Part shown: in pieces, positions 17,338 to 27,705 of the stretch
How the letters are laid out: the number at the start of each line of letters is the position of its first letter
Position numbering within the stretch: the first letter of the stretch is position 1
Virus record (IMG/VR): IMGVR_UViG_3300042314_001037
DNA length: 64,000 nucleotides
Reading direction: 5' to 3' (one strand)
From: an uncultured virus (IMG/VR IMGVR_UViG_3300042314_001037)
Taxonomy: Duplodnaviria; Heunggongvirae; Uroviricota; Caudoviricetes
Translations under genes and position numbers: made by a program
The notes under the pieces: model-generated
What the model was told of the DNA's origin: nothing
Seen by the model: only the letters and a program-made list of their open reading frames with translations
Database searches by the model: none

Positions 17338-17426
17338 TGGTGGACGAGGTAGGAGTCGAACCTACAATGTTTCTTATGTGGCGGATTTACAGTCCGTTGC
17401 CTTCAACCAATTCAGCGCACTCGTCC
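17338..17426 (-). tRNA. tRNA-Tyr(GTA)
   Basis: Loop CTGTAAA, long variable arm, CCA. Confidence 0.92.
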
Positions 17427-17432
17427 AAAATT

Positions 17433-17640
17433 GTTTACACTCTCCGCTATGCTTTTAGACACCGTTCAAAGGTGAATGAAGAGTGTATATTAAAACGTAC
17501 TCGGCTCGTGGCCTTGTCCCCTAAACATTCTAGTTTTGGAGTACGCTTTAATATAACTAGTATTTTTTTATCCACACAAGGATAAGCCATCCACTAGTCC
17601 GCCCGTTCGCAGCATGTTTTGAGTGCGCTGCCCGGGCCTC
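17433..17640 (-). ncRNA. chain of four stem-loop modules ahead of the first tRNA
   Basis: GCCCG/CGGGC, ACTAGT/ACTAGT, ATATTAAAGCGTACTC/GAGTACGTTTTAATAT and TACACTC/GAGTGTA stems. Confidence 0.4.
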
Positions 17641-17667
17641 GTTCCCGTAATCTATTGCACTTTTGCG

Positions 17668-17829
17668 TTATTCAGCAAGTTTTTGAAACTGCCTTTCTCG
17701 CTCTTCTAGTTGATCTAGCATGTTATTTCTTGCAAACTTTTGCCAGATAAGTTTCCTTGTCTGTTCTGCCGTTAGCACAAAATTCTCGCTATGTTCAACT
17801 TCGTAGTTTTTATCTATCTCTAATTCCAT
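17668..17829 (-). CDS. 53-aa hypothetical protein, first gene after the attenuator
   Basis: MELEIDKNYEVEHSENFVLTAEQTRKLIWQKFARNNMLDQLEERERQFQKLAE*, AAGGA SD; below the ORF-track length cutoff. Confidence 0.55.
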   Translation of the reverse strand: MELEIDKNYEVEHSENFVLTAEQTRKLIWQKFARNNMLDQLEERERQFQKLAE

Positions 17830-17841
17830 TTTTCCTTGCGG

Positions 17842-17877
17842 AAAACAAAAAACCCCAGGGTTTTAATCCTAGGGTCC
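17842..17877 (-). terminator. intrinsic terminator of the putative attenuator
   Basis: GGACCCTAGG-ATTAAAAC-CCTGGGGTTT followed by TTTGTTTT. Confidence 0.8.
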
Positions 17878-17927
17878 TTTGAAGTTTAAGTGTATTTTGA
17901 GTTTACACTAACATCTCCACGGACCCC
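17872..17927 (-). promoter_or_regulatory. antiterminator hairpin overlapping the leader stop codon and the 5' arm of the terminator
   Basis: GGGTCC/GGACCC, TGGAG/CTTCA and AGTGTA/TACACT nested pairings. Confidence 0.7.
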
Positions 17928-18046
17928 GGCTCTAGCTCTGGTGTACGATCATATGATAGACTATTAATCGCTAACCAGCAAGAGGCCATCACGCCTACCT
18001 GCTTAGGTATCGAATTAAAATGACTAAAAGATGATCTGAGTTTCAT
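17903..18046 (-). CDS. 47-aa leader peptide containing all 20 amino acids
   Basis: MKLRSSFSHFNSIPKQVGVMASCWLAINSLSYDRTPELEPGSVEMLV*, AAGGA SD upstream, about 50 nt after a consensus promoter. Confidence 0.7.
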   Translation of the reverse strand: MKLRSSFSHFNSIPKQVGVMASCWLAINSLSYDRTPELEPGSVEMLV

Positions 18047-18103
18047 TTGCTTTCTTTTCCTTTCTTTTCCTTTTATAGACAACACCTTGCTGTCTATGTT
18101 TTA

Positions 18104-18218
18104 ATTATACAGTTATTTAGTCTCTGTGTCAACCTTTATTTGCATTTTAGGCAAAATAAATTTTGACGCCTTCCTAACCAACTGTATGTATTATATTGTC
18201 TTTTTATTTATGTGTCAA
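18104..18218 (-). promoter_or_regulatory. tandem sigma70 promoters heading the tRNA array
   Basis: Two exact TTGACA-17-TATAAT: -35/-10 at 18213-18218/18190-18195 and at 18127-18132/18104-18109. Confidence 0.8.
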
Positions 18219-18256
18219 TAGAAATACGGTCACATTATGTGGCTTTTTTGCCACAT

Positions 18257-18511
18257 TTAATCAAATGTTGATTCGCCGCTGATTAGAATGTGTTTGCCAA
18301 TTTCAAAAAGACCCACGCTGCCGGGCAGGTCCATTGCAGCCACATGTATCTGGCACTCTCCACTATTGTCAATTGAGCAGGCAACGAATTCTTTTATGAC
18401 ACCTTGGTCAATTGACTGCCTGATAAAGTCAACCACCTCCAGCATGGCTTTTTTTTGCTCTTCTTCTTGAATCTGTTCTTTGCGTCTGCTGTTAATGCTT
18501 ACGACTTCCAT
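18257..18511 (-). CDS. hypothetical protein
   Basis: 84-aa ORF directly after clpP. Confidence 0.6.
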   Translation of the reverse strand: MEVVSINSRRKEQIQEEEQKKAMLEVVDFIRQSIDQGVIKEFVACSIDNSGECQIHVAAMDLPGSVGLFEIGKHILISGESTFD

Positions 18512-18521
18512 ATTTGACCTT

Positions 18522-19109
18522 TTATATTAAATGATCGGCAATGCCGAGTTCGATGGCTTCTTGTGCTGTTAGATAAACATCACTGGCTGGCAACAGTTTT
18601 GTTTTAATTCTTGATGGGGCTAATCCGGTTGCGTTCTTAAGTATGTCAACCATCTTCTTGTTTAACATCTCATTCTCTTTCATTTCTGCTTTTAGGTCGT
18701 GAAACTTGGCGTCAGTTCCGCCGGAGAATTGATGACACATAATACCTGTGTTGGCTGCAATGTGTCTTTCTCCATGATCGCCACTGGTAAAAATCAAAAA
18801 TGCAGCACTCATAACACTGCCTATACCCACAGTGCGAACAATGTGTTTGCTGTTTCGCATGATGTCAATGAGAGCAAATGCCTGGTAAAGATCTCCGCCC
18901 GATGAATTAACATACAGAGTAAGAACTTTTTCTTTAGCTTCTAGATTTTCGTAGACCAACCATTTGATGCATTCGTTGACGTTTTCTTCGGTAATTTCGC
19001 CGGTTAGAAAATGAACCGAATTTTCCAGTAATTTTATGCCAATACGATCGCTGGCGTTAAATTCGTCTATTTTTTTCACTGCTGCCCCTTGCGTACTATT
19101 ACTTATCAT
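18522..19109 (-). CDS. clpP: ClpP-like protease subunit
   Basis: LYVNSSGGD, GSVMSAA (catalytic Ser), IMCHQ (His), DVYLTAQEAIELGIADH. Confidence 0.85.
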   Translation of the reverse strand: MISNSTQGAAVKKIDEFNASDRIGIKLLENSVHFLTGEITEENVNECIKWLVYENLEAKEKVLTLYVNSSGGDLYQAFALIDIMRNSKHIVRTVGIGSVMSAAFLIFTSGDHGERHIAANTGIMCHQFSGGTDAKFHDLKAEMKENEMLNKKMVDILKNATGLAPSRIKTKLLPASDVYLTAQEAIELGIADHLI

Positions 19110-19126
19110 ATCTAGTAATTATACTA

Positions 19127-19507
19127 TCAGTTAATAGAGAATACACCTACAGCCCAGCCAATAATAACGATATAGGTCAAATAATGGAGAGCTTGATCTA
19201 GCCCAAACCAAACCCAAAATGTGCGATCTGCAGGAGTCAGCCCTTGATTCAACTGTTGTTTTGCCCAATCGATATGATAGTGTGCTACCATGTCAAATAG
19301 TGCGGCAAAAACTGCCATTGTGCCTAAAAATGGCAACAAAATAACCCAAGTCCAAACTCCGTGCATAGTGGCGTGATGTACCCCACCCTCTGCACCGTAG
19401 ATGCCCTTTTGTTCTAGCATATAGGGAAATTGCAGTAGAAAATCACATATAAAATGTTTAATGCCAAAGAGAGCCAAAAGCAGTATAATCAGCTGTATTT
19501 CAGTCAT
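19127..19507 (-). CDS. DUF3307-like membrane protein
   Basis: KHFICDFLLQ...HYHIDWAK...GLDQALH. Confidence 0.7.
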   Translation of the reverse strand: MTEIQLIILLLALFGIKHFICDFLLQFPYMLEQKGIYGAEGGVHHATMHGVWTWVILLPFLGTMAVFAALFDMVAHYHIDWAKQQLNQGLTPADRTFWVWFGLDQALHYLTYIVIIGWAVGVFSIN

Positions 19508-22500
19508 ACAACTTTGCCCAATCCTAACCAAATAAGTTGATCTAATTCTGTTTGATAATCTTGTCCTAGTCTACGTTTTTCATAGATCGCTCGTAGTACA
19601 TCTGTCCCATCACCGTAGTTCATAACACCTGAGCCACGTGACTCCAATTCTTCAATTAGATCATCGGTGTCAAAGTCACTTAAATCAACATCTACTTCGA
19701 CTTCTTTATACATAGTTTTATACATTATACAAAATCCTTAAACATCTGCTTACGGCCATCTTCGCCAATATGCAGATCAAACAGATCTTTTACTGTGGTC
19801 AGCATGGCGCAGGCCAACATGAGCTGATCATGTCTGTCGTCACACATCATGATCTGACGATCAATGGGTTCCATTAGTTCTATCATTCGTTCTTTTATAG
19901 GATCATTCATTTTTTTCCTTGGTAAGTTCGCACATCAATTGAAAGTGATCGTAGGCTTTGCGTACACTTTCGTGTTGCATCAGTTTGTCTGCTTCCTCTT
20001 GCATGGCCTTAACACCAGCTTCCGCATGATCTCTGTAACTACCATAGGTCAACGGACATAATTCATCTCCAAACTCTTTGGCTAGCTTCTCCCAGGCTTT
20101 CTTTTGTCCGGGAGTAATAGGAGTTCTCTGTGGCTTCATTTCGCTGGCTTTGGATATGGCTCGACAGATGGCATCTTCAGCCACACGGCCTGCCGCAATC
20201 ATGGCAGCATAGTTAGGATCAATATTAAAACAGCGAGACTGCCCTCCGGGGTAAGACATAACCAAGTGAGTACCTTTTGTAAAGCTATCCAACAGGTCAT
20301 TATCATACTCTGCCACAGGGACATAACGTCTTCCAAGTTTTTCATAATAGATCTTTTTAGTCATACTGTATTAGACGAAATCGTATGAGCGTTCAAAAAT
20401 AGGGCCATCACAAATATACAACTCGCCATCAATGCCACGCATTAGGTAGTCACCGGGCTTGCCCTGTTTGTAATTGCCTTCCAGTGTGTTAACACGAAAT
20501 TCCTCATCAATTTTTTTAGCATGAACAACAATAGGACGCTTAACACAGGCACCCATGTCCGCTACTTGTTCAAATGTATCAAATGTTTTCATAATTAATG
20601 TACCGCCTCTTTTGCGTCTACTTCACACTCAACGACCCAATTGTTAAATTCTGTAAACTTGTTTACATTGACTCCGAGTCCTACAGCTTCATTTACAAAA
20701 TGTTGTAGGAGTGAATTGTAGAGTTCATCTGGCATTGTGTTTTTATCAAATTTAATTTTCATATGTTTTCCAAGTGTTTGTTTCGTTGTCCCAATGTCGT
20801 CGATCGTAAAAATTAAAATGAATGTTATAGCCTAGCAGGCCCAAAGATAATTCAAATCCTGCATGGTCTTGTCTAACAGTAAAGTTAAATTCAAACTCAA
20901 CTAGACCGCCTGATAGATACTGTTCTATCTCCCAGCATTTATTTTCAGTAAGCTGTCCGTTGATGTTGCTAAGATAGTAAAATCTTGATCGACGCCACGG
21001 ATTATCTATACTAAAATTTATGTGTATCATTCTGGTAGTGGTCTAAATCTAGATAAAAAACTTTCTCGATAACAACTGTATTCTCTATTTTTGCTTTCTG
21101 GCAAATGATCATTGATGTAGTGAATCCAAGTATGATTTTCTACTTCCACAATCTGTATTACCCTAAAAATCTTACCGTTGCCGCCATCCCATTTACTGCC
21201 TTCTTTGATTATTGTCATGTTTTATCCTTTCCAATTTTCTTTTACATCCTCTGGAACTTGTACAGTCATATGTAGCATGAATCTGTAGGCTTCCCATGCT
21301 GTTTTGGCTGCATGGTTATTGGCCATGTTAGTAGGGAATAGGTCGGCCCAAATTGCGCCTTCGGGAATACGAAAAGCACGAATATCTTGTAGACGAGGTT
21401 GAAACACCTTGCCTTCGTTGTACAATCGCATGCCTACTTCCATACACTGCTCTTCGTCTAGTCCTTCTAGATAATCATGACGATACATATAATCTTGAAT
21501 GCAGAATTTAACGGTTTCTATATCGCGAAGTGCAGTACCCGAAATGATCCAAGCAACATCGTCATAACTCACTTCACCATTGACAATGTCTCGAATACAT
21601 CGTCCAAAACTGAAACCTATTTTCATTTTTGTGTTCTCTGTAGTTCTTGCAGAAGTTCGTTCATCATTTTAAATTGCGATTGTATCTGTTTTTTAAGTTC
21701 TTCGGGACTCTGAGTGGGCAAACACTCTGCTGAGTACTGTGCTGATTTTGACATCATCGCACGTTGTTGCAGGCAAGCAGTGAGATCGTTGTAAGACACC
21801 AACGGTGTAATAGCACCCAGATTAGTAATTAGTACCAATTGATATAACATGCCAACTCCTAGTAATTAACGATATGTATATTATAACACCATACTGCTCA
21901 CAAGTCAACCCCAACGCAACATAAAGAGTACAGCATCTTTGGAATCTTCAAAAAGAAATTCTGCACCGTTTCGTTCAAACTGGCCCTTACAATTATCCGA
22001 TAACCAATTGGTGATATCTATGGCATGATTGTTGTCCGTTAGTCGACTGATTTTAAATCGAGTCCAACCAATGCCTTCAAACAGACCCCAAAGTACCTCT
22101 CGATCTATTTCTCTAGCCATTTCACTAGCGGCCTTATTGGCAATTTCTTCTTCTAGTGTCATGCCCATTTCATTGCAAACATAGTTGCATCCTGTTCATT
22201 TTGAAAATACCAAGCACGACCGGTTGGGTGTGCAAGATCACGGAATTTGTTTTGACAATTCTCTAAACACCATGTGAGTTTTTCTGCAAAGTCATCATCT
22301 CGTAACACTATAGCATGATAGGTACCTAATAGTGTCATTAGCTTATCGTCTACTTTGAGATGTTCTTCTGCCCGTTGAGCCCTCATAATAGTTGGAGTTG
22401 GATCCGGATCTATCATTTACCGTGTCTCAACAACCATTCTGTTAGCCTGGCACCCTGTAATTTGGCACGGACTTGATACTTGTAACCACGATCAAAGTGA

Positions 22501-24798
22501 TCTACCATTCTATGCCATACAGGAGTTTCGACTGCATGTTCCATTATCCATTTGCCTTGTTCGCTCTGTTGCCAGTCCCAAAGCGGTTGGGCAGCATATA
22601 GGTCTGGGTCTTCTACATCTCCCATTGTAAATGTATATACTATGATTTCTTTGGTTTCTTCTACACGATCATCTATTATCATATACTGATATATAGTCTT
22701 AGTGGGTCGGTCGCCAAGAAAAATGTATTCATGCCCCCACTGATCAGTTTCCCATTTGAATTTCATTTTAGACATTGCCTCTGCCCCCAAATTTCAGCAT
22801 GAACATCATGGCATCACGTTCATCTGTAAACTGAAAGTACAAGGCATGATAGTGCTCTTCACGCCATAGTTCTTTACAGTTGTTTATACACCACACAGCC
22901 ATTTCTTCAACCTGGGCAACAGTTATCTGATTGAAGTTTACTCTATAGGGAAACACAGCTCTAGCCCTAGTGCTGAGAACTTCATTAATTGTACCTACTC
23001 TAGTCTTGGCCATTACCATATTTTAACAGGAACATTGTGCGTTTTTGATCATCATAAAAATCCAATCGAACAGTATGCTGTGATTTTTTGCCTTCATACC
23101 ATCCTAACTCTACTACCGGCCACCATTCACCGCCCTCTGGAGGTCTAACATATTCCGTATCCTTTACGTATTCTCTATGATCACGTAGTGTGAAACCTAA
23201 GACATCTTTCATCTTTGTTCGTGAAAGATACACAGAGGGCTTTTCACGTTGTTTAATACGCTCGAGCACACTGGTCCATTGACCAGGAGTCATCACAATT
23301 GGCTTACTCATTTAACCACTTTTGTATAATGGTGTTAGCTTCTTTTAGGTCTCGAGTATTCCAAAGACGGTATTCTTCGTTGTGCCCGCGATCTCCATCA
23401 TTGAGATAGATTTTACCAATCTCTGGAAAATAATTCAAGAACGCCTGCCCAAGTCGATAGTGAGGATTACGCATGAATTCCATAATCCAATGCTGTTCAA
23501 ATTCCTTGTAGCGTTCTTTTGAAATCACATCCACATCAACTGGAATACAGTTGCCTCAACGTCTTCTTTAATGTAGATGGTCCACATAGGATCGCCGCTG
23601 TTAAAACGATGACACATATCCGCAGTCGGACAGACTCTCTTCATCCATTCTTCAAATGCTCGATCATCCTCGGGATATACCCAACAGTACCAACCGCGAG
23701 GAGGAGGATCTAAAATCAATTCTTTAATAGGATGCCCGGCATTAGGGGAAGTTTTACCATCTTCAAACCTCCAATGATGCACACTGACTTTCACGACCAG
23801 GTCCTGTGTTTTTCAGCCACCCATTCGTTGCCGTCATATTCCGCAATTTCCCATTCAACATCACCAGGTACCTCAACAATTTTTAGATTGGCGTGGTCTC
23901 CGTTTGCTGCCATGCCTAGGTCTCTCACAATCTTTACAAGATAAGGATCGTCTCTAGGAATCTCTCGTCCGTACCATTTTGGATCAGTTATACCTGCCAT
24001 CTGTTTGTATTCTTTTTCAGCACGGCCGCTGAGTCCAAATCCACCATAGCAGGTATTGATAACAATAAATTGAATACCCCTGAGAGTTTTAATCAGTTGT
24101 TCGTGTGTCATAGTTTCTCTCCGCAATGTGGACATAGTTTGGTTGTAGCATTACGCATTTCTTTTAGTGTCTTGTTTAGTTTACGAGAATCAGCAATAAT
24201 CCTGCGTATACTCTTACGATCCCTATCGTGTTTGGCCTTGCCCAATTCTTCTTTAAGGTGTAGCTTCATTTTCTGAAGACGGCCTTCAAAGATTTCAATA
24301 AAGCCTGTTATGCCCGGGCTTTTGTCTGCAGGTGTACCACTCATTCTTCTAATCCTATTGCACGTCTAAAATGTTGTTCCAGTGTAGTTTCAGCCATTCG
24401 AGTCTGGTGAAAGGATTCTACACACCGTTCTATGATCAGTTGCGCAAACAGATCTAACCCTTCTTGATCAGGATTAAAATCTATACCTGCACATTGTTTA
24501 AGTTCTTTAAGTCTAGTGTTCATTTTCCGCTCTTGTATTTTAGTGTAAACATTACTGCATCCTTTTCGTCATGGAACCAGTAGGCAGCAATTTCATCCCA
24601 CTGATAACCTACATCGCTGACATCAGTGACGTCAAACCAAACATAACTTTTACAATGTGCTAGACACCATTTTTTGATTTTCCAGAAAGGCTCTCCTGCT
24701 TGCTCGCAATCAACGTCTGTGATAAGCACCTGATGACATTGTTCCAGAACATCATCAGGTGGCTTAAACTTCTTCCATTCTTCTGAATAGGCGTACAT
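19504..24798 (-). other. run of about 20 short, overlapping hypothetical phage ORFs
   Basis: Consecutive 60-150 aa ORFs with ATGA-type overlaps; includes a GKPGDYL-motif protein (20371-20592) and a paralogous family (see findings). Confidence 0.7.
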
Positions 24799-25649
24799 TA
24801 AACTTCCAATACAATGTTGGGATTCCAGCCAGTATCTTCAGTATAGCCATCGCTTTCGTACCCCCTAGGATTACAAACTACACGAGTACTGCCTAACACA
24901 TAATCAAACGGATGATGAGTATGTCCGTGAGTCCAAAGTTTAATCTGTGGATGATCAAGAATAAAATCACTTAGGTCGCTGTGATAGCCACCGTTCATGA
25001 TGTAGTCATGTGCATACTGCGGATGACAACTCATATGGCTAGGAGTGTGATGTCCTACCACAACAAACTTTTGCTCTTGAGGATAGCCGTCCATTACAGT
25101 CTTAAAATATTGCAGTGTTTTGCGATGACGATCTGCAATGTCAGCAGGCTTGAGAGCTCGGTAGCCGGATTGATCATGTCGAATAATTCTAAAATCGTTC
25201 ATCATGTCCGCAAGCGCATGAAGTGTAAATGGGTCATGCTTGTTGCAGTCAGTCCAAAGTGTTGCACCCATAAACACAATGTCGTTGATTACCTTGGTGT
25301 CATTTTCCAAGAAATAGATATTGGGATACTTGGCACATTCTTCACGCAGATGATCAATGCTGGCAAAGAATTTACCGTGGTAGAACTCGTGATTACCTGC
25401 AACATAAATCACATGCGGAAATTGAAAACTACAACGCTTTAAGAAATCACGGAATCGCTGAGCCTTAAGCTGTCTGCTGCCTAACATTTCAAGCATGGCC
25501 GCAGTTCTAACATTTTCGTCCTGATGGTCGTGGAGATCTTGGGCAACCATAATATCGCCGCTCAAAATTAGTAGATCGTAATCAGCATCGTTAGGGATCA
25601 TAATGTCCGAGAACTCTAAGTGCAGGTCTGAAACCAATTTAATTTTCAT
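24798..25649 (-). CDS. metallophosphoesterase
   Basis: SDLHLEF, LSGDI, AGNHEFY and HGHTH motifs; promoter TTGACA-17-TATAAT at 25674-25702. Confidence 0.9.
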   Translation of the reverse strand: MKIKLVSDLHLEFSDIMIPNDADYDLLILSGDIMVAQDLHDHQDENVRTAAMLEMLGSRQLKAQRFRDFLKRCSFQFPHVIYVAGNHEFYHGKFFASIDHLREECAKYPNIYFLENDTKVINDIVFMGATLWTDCNKHDPFTLHALADMMNDFRIIRHDQSGYRALKPADIADRHRKTLQYFKTVMDGYPQEQKFVVVGHHTPSHMSCHPQYAHDYIMNGGYHSDLSDFILDHPQIKLWTHGHTHHPFDYVLGSTRVVCNPRGYESDGYTEDTGWNPNIVLEV

Positions 25650-25736
25650 GGTATTTTCCGATAATGTACATATATTATAGCATCAGTTTAAAACCCTGTC
25701 AATCGGTTAAATACTCATATAACCGGGAGCGAACCG

Positions 25737-26018
25737 ATGGGCGACATTTTCAAGATTATAGGCGATCTGGGCATGCCAGTAGCCGCTGCACTAGCAGGTG
25801 GGTATTTTGTATACTTAACCATTAAGCTATTGCTACAGGGCGTACTTGGCTCTATCAACGGCATGAAGGGCATTATTATTGCTCTAGACAATCGTGTCAA
25901 AACCATGAATCACGATGTAATACGTATTGATACTATTGTATCCAATGCACTAGGTCTACGGCCTGATGCAGATCGTATTGCCCGAGCCGATGGAAAGAAT
26001 GATGCTCGTAGAGATTAA
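25737..26018 (+). CDS. small membrane protein (N-terminal TM + coiled coil)
   Basis: LGMPVAAALAGGYFVYL hydrophobic helix; paralogue of 26715-27047. Confidence 0.65.
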   Translation: MGDIFKIIGDLGMPVAAALAGGYFVYLTIKLLLQGVLGSINGMKGIIIALDNRVKTMNHDVIRIDTIVSNALGLRPDADRIARADGKNDARRD

Positions 26019-26714
26019 TTTCGTTCTAGATCTAAAACTGATCGCATATTTTTTATTAAGTTTTGGATTTGGCATAGCATTCTATTATATATTTTATAGC
26101 GATAATTCAGACTCTAAATTAGATCGTATGAAACATGATCTAGCAGTAAGGAAAGAATGGTTTCGAATGGTGCGCGAGCAAAAGGCTACAAACCCAAAAT
26201 GGCCAGCAGAGTGGGCGAGGAGAGATTGATGTTGCATTTTGACTATTCGTGGGATCTAAGTCCAAATGGAATAATATTGGATAACGAACTTAACGTAGAT
26301 AAGCTAGGATGGAAAGGCGGAGACTATTTCCAGCTAGTTAACATTGACGGAAGATGCTATCTTAAAAAAGTAGACCCGTTGGTAAAATTTTTAAAGGACG
26401 GTGAAAATGGACAAGTGGACTAACTGGTATGACAGTTTGCCTGAACATACTAGAGAATATTTAAAAAATCAACCGTTGTGGCATGATATTGATCTTGTTA
26501 AGGCAGGACTAGTAGGATTCGTAATAGGATTGATATTTGGGTTAACAGTTTAATCAACAAATAGGAGCGAACTATGTTGTTTGAAGCATTTCTAGTGTTT
26601 TGGATGCTAGAGGTTTTAGTTCTAGCATCAGTAGCAGTTTGGTATTATTACGAGCCCGCAGAAAAAGAAAAGAAAATCTGGGACCCTTGGGGAATCTGGA
26701 AGGAGGTAAAATAA

Positions 26715-27047
26715 ATGGATATAGTTGAACTTGTAAACAAATATGGTTTTCCAATTGTCATGGCAGTGGGAATGGGCTTTATCATCAAGTATGTTTGGGA
26801 ATGGGCCACGAAAGAAGTCAAGCCCGTTATCAGCGAAGCTAACACCGTTCTTATCGCCCTAATCGATCGTATACGTATGTTGGACAACGATTTGATTCGA
26901 CTAAATCAAAAGGTCAATACAGTATTACACCTACGAGGCAAGACAATTGAGTTTGAACGTGTAGAAGCAGAAACAGAAATTAACAAGATTACACAATCTA
27001 AAAAGAAATCTGAGGACGATAAGTCAGCCGCAGCAGGCGAAAGTTAA
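26715..27047 (+). CDS. small membrane protein (N-terminal TM + coiled coil)
   Basis: YGFPIVMAVGMGFII helix; LIDRIRMLDNDLIRL; GGAGG SD. Confidence 0.7.
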   Translation: MDIVELVNKYGFPIVMAVGMGFIIKYVWEWATKEVKPVISEANTVLIALIDRIRMLDNDLIRLNQKVNTVLHLRGKTIEFERVEAETEINKITQSKKKSEDDKSAAAGES

Positions 27048-27220
27048 TTTGTAGGAGGAGCGATTATGGTAAATGCAATTGCCTCGCTATTACTAGCAGG
27101 CATGTTATCAAACGAGCCTCGGTGTGTCAAATGGACATGGACTGGCGATGTATACAATCGCAAAGTGGTATGCCTGGAATGGTCTAAACCTCCACCTAAA
27201 GATAAGGCACCCAAGAAAAC

Positions 27221-27703
27221 ATGATTGATCCTATCACACTTGGTATTGCCTTCACGGCCGCACAACAGTCAGTGAGCTATATTAAAAAGGCCATTGCTCT
27301 GGGCAAAGATGTCAACAGTCTCTATGGACAGTTTGCCAAGTTCTTTGAAAACAGCGATAAGATTCACAGTGCTAATGTAGAGGCACAAACTAGCAAAAAG
27401 ATTCTCACAGACGGTCAGATTAGAGCCATGTCAGTTCAGATTGCCATGCAGAGCAAGGCCTTGCGTGACACTGAAAAAGAATTGAAAGAAATGTTGATAT
27501 GGTCAGGTAACAAAGATGTTTGGGACGAGATGATGGCCGAGCGTGTGCGTATGTATAAAGAACGTGCTAAACTAGAAGCAGACATAAAAAATGCCAAAAT
27601 ACAAGCACAGTCTGACATGATAGACAGAGTACTTATAGGTACAAGTTTTATGGCAATAGCGGTCCCTACGGTGATGTTTACTTTTGCTATGATAGTTAGA
27701 TAA
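27221..27703 (+). CDS. hypothetical membrane-anchored coiled-coil protein
   Basis: MIDPITL start and C-terminal TM helix. Confidence 0.65.
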   Translation: MIDPITLGIAFTAAQQSVSYIKKAIALGKDVNSLYGQFAKFFENSDKIHSANVEAQTSKKILTDGQIRAMSVQIAMQSKALRDTEKELKEMLIWSGNKDVWDEMMAERVRMYKERAKLEADIKNAKIQAQSDMIDRVLIGTSFMAIAVPTVMFTFAMIVR

Positions 27704-27705
27704 GA

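Noticed and set aside
9221..17426. Stop-codon reassignment or suppressor tRNA
   Set aside because: No CTA, TTA or TCA anticodon was found (the TTTATAA loop at about 14515 centres on TAT). Long genes read cleanly in the standard code and TAA, TAG and TGA all occur as stops.
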